NCBI GenBank assembly: GCA_034670305.1
Contig: JAXMNT010000069.1
Coordinates: 1-34,141, forward strand
Source: Deltaproteobacteria bacterium
GTDB taxonomy: Bacteria; Myxococcota_A; Polyangia; Polyangiales; Houyiibacteriaceae
DNA length: 34,141 nt
Direction: 5' to 3'
Under the pieces are notes generated by a model. It was given only the letters and a program-made list of their open reading frames with translations, had not been told where the DNA came from and did no database searches. Both the position numbers and the translations under genes were made by a program. Position 1 is the first letter of the stretch. Each line of letters opens with the position of its first letter. Of this stretch, positions 29,217 through 34,141 are shown in pieces.

Positions 29217-30233
29217 ATGTCGGTGTTCCTCGACGCGCTCCACCGCCGTCCCACCTCCCACACCCCGATCTGGCTCATGCGGCAGGCCGGGCGGTACCAG
29301 GCCTCCTACCAAGCGATCCGCAGCAAGGTGGAGTTCCTCGAGCTCTGCAAGACGCCGGAGCTCGCCTGCCAGGTGACCTTCGACGCGGTCGATCAACTCG
29401 GGGTGGACGCAGCGATCATCTTCGCGGACATCCTGTTGATCCTCGAGCCGCTCGGCATCCCCTTCTCGTTCGAGAAGGGACACGGCCCGAAGATCCACAC
29501 GCCCATCCGAACCGCGGCGCAGGTCGACGCGATGCCGAACTCGATCGACGTGGAGTCGCTCGGCTACGTGATGGAAGCGATCAAGCTCGCGCGCCGCGCC
29601 ATCGATGTGCCGCTCATCGGGTTCGCTGGCGCGCCGTTCACGCTCGCGAGCTACGCGATCGAAGGGGCCGGTTCGAAGAACTACTTCGCGACCAAGAAGA
29701 TCATGTACGGCGACGAAGGCATGTGGCGCGCACTGATGGAGAAGTTCTCCACCGCGCTCGGCCAGTACCTCAACGCGCAGATCGATGCGGGCGCGCAGTG
29801 CATCCAGATCTTCGACAGCTGGGTGGGTTGCCTGAGCCCCGCGGACTACCGCCGCTTCGTGCTGCCCTACTCGCGCAAGGTGCTCGCGGCTGTGAAGGGC
29901 CGCGTCCCGACCATTCACTTCGGGACCGGCAACCCGAGCCTGTACCCGCTCCTCAAAGAAGCGGGCGGGACCACGATCGGCGTGGACTGGCGCACGCCCA
30001 TCGACGAGATGTGGGACACGCTCGGCGACGACGTCGGGGTCATGGGCAACCTCGAACCAGCCATGCTGCTGGCGCCCCGTGAGGTGATGAACGCGAGGGC
30101 GAGCGAGATCCTTCGCCGCACCCAGGGACGCCGCGGCCACATCTTCAACCTGGGCCACGGCATCATGCCCACCGCGACGGTGGCGCAGACCAAAGCACTC
30201 GTGGACCACGTACACGAAGTCTCCTCGGGCTGA
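29217..30233 (+). CDS. hemE: Uroporphyrinogen decarboxylase
   Basis: PIWLMRQAGRY, DAAIIFADIL, LIGFAGAPFTLASY, QIFDSW, HIFNLGHGI. Confidence 0.98.
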   Translation: MSVFLDALHRRPTSHTPIWLMRQAGRYQASYQAIRSKVEFLELCKTPELACQVTFDAVDQLGVDAAIIFADILLILEPLGIPFSFEKGHGPKIHTPIRTAAQVDAMPNSIDVESLGYVMEAIKLARRAIDVPLIGFAGAPFTLASYAIEGAGSKNYFATKKIMYGDEGMWRALMEKFSTALGQYLNAQIDAGAQCIQIFDSWVGCLSPADYRRFVLPYSRKVLAAVKGRVPTIHFGTGNPSLYPLLKEAGGTTIGVDWRTPIDEMWDTLGDDVGVMGNLEPAMLLAPREVMNARASEILRRTQGRRGHIFNLGHGIMPTATVAQTKALVDHVHEVSSG

Positions 30234-30236
30234 GCC

Positions 30237-31700
30237 GTGCGTGTGGTCGTGCTCGGCGCGGGCATCAGCGGCATGTCCGCCGCCCGCCGGCTCCGGGAGC
30301 TCGGTGCCGAGGTTCGTGTGTTCGAAGCGTCGGATCGGGCGGGCGGTCTGCTGCGCAGCGAGCGCGTGGCATCGGACTCCGGACCGCTGGTCCTCGACCG
30401 CGGACCCGACAGCATTCTGGCAACGAAGCCCGCGGCGGTGGCGCTCGCCGAAGCGCTCGGTCTCGGACCACGCATCGTGCGCACGCGCCCCGAAGGCCGC
30501 GGCGCCTACGTGCTCTGCCGCGGGAGACTCGAACGCATCCCGAATGGCTTTCACGTGGTCGCGCCGAGCGACCTGCGCGCGCTCTGGCGTTCACCGATCC
30601 TCTCGACCGGCGGAAAGGTTCGAGCGAGCACGGAAGTGCTGCGGGCGTTCGCGTCCCGCAAACGCAGCCGCCAAGCGCCGCAAGACCAGAGCCTCGAGTC
30701 CTTCGTGCAACTCCGCTTTGGCGACGAGCTGCTGGCGCGGCTCGCCCAGCCCATGGCAGGCGGCATCTACGGCGCGCCACCCCACCGGCTCGGGCTCGGC
30801 TCCACGATGCCGCGGTTTCTGGATCTCGCCTCCGCCCACGGGAGCGTGACCCGCGGATTGCAGAAGTCGCAGGCGGCGGGCGCGGCCACGAGCCAAGGCG
30901 CGCGCTACGGCGCGTTCGTCAGCTTCGATGGCGGCATGGGGGTCTTGCCCGAGGCGATGGCGGCCGATCTCGAGGGCCACATCGAGACCTCGTGGGCCGC
31001 GTGGAGTCTGGAGCGGGCCGGCCAAAAGTGGCGCGTCTCGTTGCGGCACGGTCCGACCGGTGAAGGCACCCGCACCGAAGACGCCGATGGGGTCGTGCTC
31101 GCACTCGGTGCCCACACGAGCGCCGAGCTCCTCGAGGATCACGATCCGGTCGCCGCGGCACACATCCAGTCCATCCCGCGCGGGAGCGCTGCGATCGTCA
31201 CGCTCGCGTACAAACGCAGCGACGTGAAGCATCCGCTCGATGCGGCGGGGGTGGTGGTGCCTTCCGTGGAGGGGCGCGCGATGTTGGCCAGTACGTGGAG
31301 CAGCCAGAAGTGGCCGGGCCGCGCGCCCGACGACACCGCGCTCTTCCGCGTGTTCCTCGGTGGCCATGGCCAGGACGACGTCGTGCACGCCTCCGAAGGC
31401 CACCTCGTCCGGCTCGCGCACCTCGAACTCGCGCAGATGCTCGGCATCGAGGGGGAACCGACCTTGACGCGGCTCGATCGGTACGTAGACGTCATGCCGA
31501 GGTATGAAGTGGGGCACGCGCGCAGGATGAACACGCTCGATGCGCGCATCGCGCTGCTTCGCGGTGTGGCGGTGGCTGGCAACTTCCACCGTGGGGTCGG
31601 CATCCCGGATTCCATCGCCGACGGAGCGCGCGCGGCGGAACAGTTGGTCGCCGATCTAGGATCGGGGAAGACCGCTGAAGGAGTGAACGATTGGGTCTGA
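30237..31700 (+). CDS. hemG: FAD-dependent protoporphyrinogen/coproporphyrinogen oxidase (HemY type)
   Basis: VVVLGAGISG, EASDRAGG, GPDS, GGIYG, MPRYEVGH, GVGIPD. Confidence 0.92.
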   Translation: MRVVVLGAGISGMSAARRLRELGAEVRVFEASDRAGGLLRSERVASDSGPLVLDRGPDSILATKPAAVALAEALGLGPRIVRTRPEGRGAYVLCRGRLERIPNGFHVVAPSDLRALWRSPILSTGGKVRASTEVLRAFASRKRSRQAPQDQSLESFVQLRFGDELLARLAQPMAGGIYGAPPHRLGLGSTMPRFLDLASAHGSVTRGLQKSQAAGAATSQGARYGAFVSFDGGMGVLPEAMAADLEGHIETSWAAWSLERAGQKWRVSLRHGPTGEGTRTEDADGVVLALGAHTSAELLEDHDPVAAAHIQSIPRGSAAIVTLAYKRSDVKHPLDAAGVVVPSVEGRAMLASTWSSQKWPGRAPDDTALFRVFLGGHGQDDVVHASEGHLVRLAHLELAQMLGIEGEPTLTRLDRYVDVMPRYEVGHARRMNTLDARIALLRGVAVAGNFHRGVGIPDSIADGARAAEQLVADLGSGKTAEGVNDWV

Positions 31701-33118
31701 GTTCGAAACAGCGACGCGGCGAAGCCGAACGAAGCGACCAAGCCGTGTCGCCGGGACCAGCGTCGAGGATTGTCGGAAGCCTGGCACCCCCGCGCGTGGA
31801 CCGCCTGGCGGAGGCCTCGGGTCGCGACGATCTGCGGGCGTACTTCGAAGACACCTGGGCGCTGACGGAATGGTTGTTCCAGCACCTCACGGACGAGTGC
31901 CTGTGCGAGCAACCGGACCCGCGCCGGCAACCGCTCGTCTTCTATCTGGGTCACGCGGCGGTGTTCTATGTGAACAAGCTGCGCATGGCCGGGCTGCTCG
32001 CCGATCCGGTGGACCCCGAACTCGAGTCTGGGTTGGCACGGGGCGTCGACCCCAAAGACGCGGCCGACTTGGCTGCGCGCGTGTGGCCGGATGGCGGGGT
32101 CGTGCGCACCTACCGCACACAGGTGAAGGCTGAGGTCGAGCGGGTGATCGACCGTCTCGAACTCGAAACGTGCGGACCGGACGCGCCGGTGTGGTCGCTC
32201 TTGATGGCGATGGAACACGACCGCATCCATTTCGAGACGAGCAGCGTGTTGATGCGCCAGACCGACGTGCCGCTCACGCCGCCGGATGGTTGGCGGCCGG
32301 TGCATCCGACCGAGTCGGCGCGCGTGGACGCCCAGTGGCTGCGGCTTCCTCCGCGCCGGGTGCGGCTCGGGCGGCCGGGCCACGCCCAGACCTTTGCGTG
32401 GGACAACGAACTCGGTCGGCTGGAAGCGGACGTGCCGTCCTTCGATGTGTCGACGACACTCATCACGCAGCACGAGTTCGCGACGTTCGTTCGGGCTGGC
32501 GGCTACCGCGAACGGCGGTTCTGGTCGCCGGAGGGATGGGGGTGGAACCAGCGCACCCACTGCGCGCGGCCGCCGTTCTGGACCGAAGAAACGCTCGATG
32601 GTGGTCCGGTGCGCTCGACCTTCGGTCTGCGCCCCGTGGTCTGGGATGCGCCGGTCGAAGTGACCGCCCACGAAGCGCACGCGTACACCCAGTGGATGAG
32701 CGCCGAACACCCGGACCGGCCCGAGGTTCGGTTGCCGACCGAACTCGAGTGGGCGTCCTTCAGCCTCGACGCGCCGCGCGTGCACGACGACCACGCGACG
32801 CACCCCGGTTTCAACCTGGCGCTGCGGCATCATGGACCGCGGCCGGTGCGTACGTCGGTGAAGACACCGCTCGGGATCCACGATGCGGTCGGCAACGTCT
32901 GGCAGTGGCTTGCGGACGACTTCCAACCGCTTCCCGGATTCGAGAAACACGACCTCTACCCGGACTTCTCAGAGCCGTACTTCGACGACCAACACGCGGT
33001 GCTGCGTGGAGGCTCGTGGGCGTCGTCGGGCACCAGCGCATCGCGTCACTACCGCCTCTGGTTTCGACGGGACTTCCTGCAGCACGCGGGCTTCCGGACC
33101 GCCCGGTCGATCGTTTGA
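31691..33118 (+). CDS. ovoA: OvoA-like 5-histidylcysteine sulfoxide synthase (DinB_2 + FGE-sulfatase) lacking the C-terminal methyltransferase; start uncertain
   Basis: PLVFYLGHAAVFYVNKL, MEHDRIHFETSSVLMRQ (HX3HXE), WDNELG, GNVWQW, LYPDFS, GGSW, FRRDFLQHAGFR. Confidence 0.85.
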   Translation: MGLSSKQRRGEAERSDQAVSPGPASRIVGSLAPPRVDRLAEASGRDDLRAYFEDTWALTEWLFQHLTDECLCEQPDPRRQPLVFYLGHAAVFYVNKLRMAGLLADPVDPELESGLARGVDPKDAADLAARVWPDGGVVRTYRTQVKAEVERVIDRLELETCGPDAPVWSLLMAMEHDRIHFETSSVLMRQTDVPLTPPDGWRPVHPTESARVDAQWLRLPPRRVRLGRPGHAQTFAWDNELGRLEADVPSFDVSTTLITQHEFATFVRAGGYRERRFWSPEGWGWNQRTHCARPPFWTEETLDGGPVRSTFGLRPVVWDAPVEVTAHEAHAYTQWMSAEHPDRPEVRLPTELEWASFSLDAPRVHDDHATHPGFNLALRHHGPRPVRTSVKTPLGIHDAVGNVWQWLADDFQPLPGFEKHDLYPDFSEPYFDDQHAVLRGGSWASSGTSASRHYRLWFRRDFLQHAGFRTARSIV

Positions 33119-34020
33119 CCCACTCGGCCCATCAGCGGGCGCTGATGGCTGCCGCCGCCGCGCTCGGCGCAGAGACCGAGGTCCTGGATGCTCTGTCCGA
33201 TCGCGTCGCGTACCGCCGAGCCACGCGTGCAGTCGAGGTGGTGGGGGGCACGTGGTTCTCGTGTCTGGACAGCTCGACCGCGGCGCTGCTCGACGACAAA
33301 CGCGCGACGAAGGCGCTGTTTCGTCGCTTGCGGGTGCCGACGTTGGCGGACGCGGAGACCGAAGCGGACTGGGACGTCTTGCTCGCGTCCGGGCCGCTCG
33401 TGGTGAAGCCGCGGACTGGCACGGGAGGGGAGGGGGTGTCGCTGAACCTGACCTCGTCTCGGGCTGTGCGGGAGGCGGTCGCGGCGCTCGACGATGCGGT
33501 CGTCGAACCGTTCCATGACGGTGCCGATCTGCGGATCCATGCGCTCGGGGGACGGGTGCTCGCGGCGTGCCGGCGGGACCCGGCGTTCGTGTTGGGCGAC
33601 GGGGAGCGGGCGCTTGCTGCCTTGGTCGAGGCGCTCGAAGCCCACACCCAGAAGCACAACCCCGCCAACCGGGTGTTCGTGGATCCCGACGTGCTGGGCC
33701 CGGTGTCCATGGACGACGTGCCTGCGCTGGGGGTTCGCGTGCCGCTCAACCGACTGTGCAACATGGCGCTTGGCGCGATCGCCACCGACGTGAGCGACGC
33801 GCTGCACCCCGCGTTCGCGTCTTGGGTCGAGCGACTCACCGAGGCGCTCGACCTTCCGGTGTTCGGGCTCGATGTCTTGACGAACGATCCAGCAGCGGAC
33901 CCAGAGGGTGGGGCGGTCGCGCTGGAGATCAACGCGCGCCCCGACTGGCTGCACCACACCTTCAGCGAAGGCCGGACCCACGACATCGCGACCGCGCTCT
34001 TGCGCCACTTCCTTGACTAG
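33115..34020 (+). CDS. ATP-grasp ligase (GshF/cyanophycin-synthetase-like ATP-grasp domain)
   Basis: DKRATKALF, LVVKPRTGTGGEGVS, DLRI, RDPAFVLGDG, FGLDVL, LEINARP; TTG start overlaps the upstream TGA (TTGA). Confidence 0.85.
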   Translation: MTHSAHQRALMAAAAALGAETEVLDALSDRVAYRRATRAVEVVGGTWFSCLDSSTAALLDDKRATKALFRRLRVPTLADAETEADWDVLLASGPLVVKPRTGTGGEGVSLNLTSSRAVREAVAALDDAVVEPFHDGADLRIHALGGRVLAACRRDPAFVLGDGERALAALVEALEAHTQKHNPANRVFVDPDVLGPVSMDDVPALGVRVPLNRLCNMALGAIATDVSDALHPAFASWVERLTEALDLPVFGLDVLTNDPAADPEGGAVALEINARPDWLHHTFSEGRTHDIATALLRHFLD

Positions 34021-34098
34021 CAGGTTGCTGAAGAACGCCCGCAGGGCGTTCTCGCAGCCTGCCCCTTGCCCCTGCCCTTGCCTTTGCCCTTGCCCGCG
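34017..34098 (+). mobile_element. End of a CTAG-anchored element extending off the right edge
   Basis: CTAG-CAGGTTGCTGAA, inner hairpin GAACGCCC-GCA-GGGCGTTC, GCAGCCTGC, five CCCTTG/CCCCTG/CCTTTG hexamers, CCCGCG. Confidence 0.6.
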
Positions 34099-34100
34099 GA

Positions 34101-34141
34101 TCAGCGGTCAGATCGCTTGATCAGCGCGACGAGCATCGCGA
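34101..34141 (-). CDS. 3' end of a truncated CDS, possibly a four-helix-bundle (IVS/bAvd-like) protein
   Basis: Minus strand reads ...xAMLVALIKRSDR-stop (TGA at 34103-34101), resembling the IVAML..LI C-terminal helix of that family; only 13 codons visible. Confidence 0.4.
   Translation of the reverse strand, partial: AMLVALIKRSDR

Overview
High-GC window, probably Myxococcota (Polyangia/Sandaracinaceae-like), judged from the eukaryote-like Ser/Thr kinase, PP2C, many Cys-rich lipoproteins and FAD-type HemG. It carries about 28 CDS, including sahR-like/ahcY, an M50 protease, nth, a VWA lipoprotein, ExbD, a large L,D-transpeptidase, a DASS transporter, pgeF-folC and hemE-hemG, plus one tRNA-Leu. 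Five things stand out. (1) The tRNA-Leu anticodon reads AAG (A34), which is rare in bacteria. (2) An OvoA-like sulfoxide synthase without its methyltransferase domain is translationally coupled to an ATP-grasp ligase, a candidate new 5-thiohistidine conjugate pathway. (3) Both window ends carry the same CTAG-anchored element end (CTAGCAGGTYGCTGAA, hairpin, five CCCNTG-type hexamers, CCCGCG), and the right copy abuts what looks like the C-terminus of a four-helix-bundle protein. (4) Composite hexamer-repeat tracts with a shared junction fill several intergenic spaces, and a related tract sits in frame inside folC. (5) A perfect 65-bp duplication overlaps the tRNA promoter. All calls come from motif recognition by eye; no searches were run.
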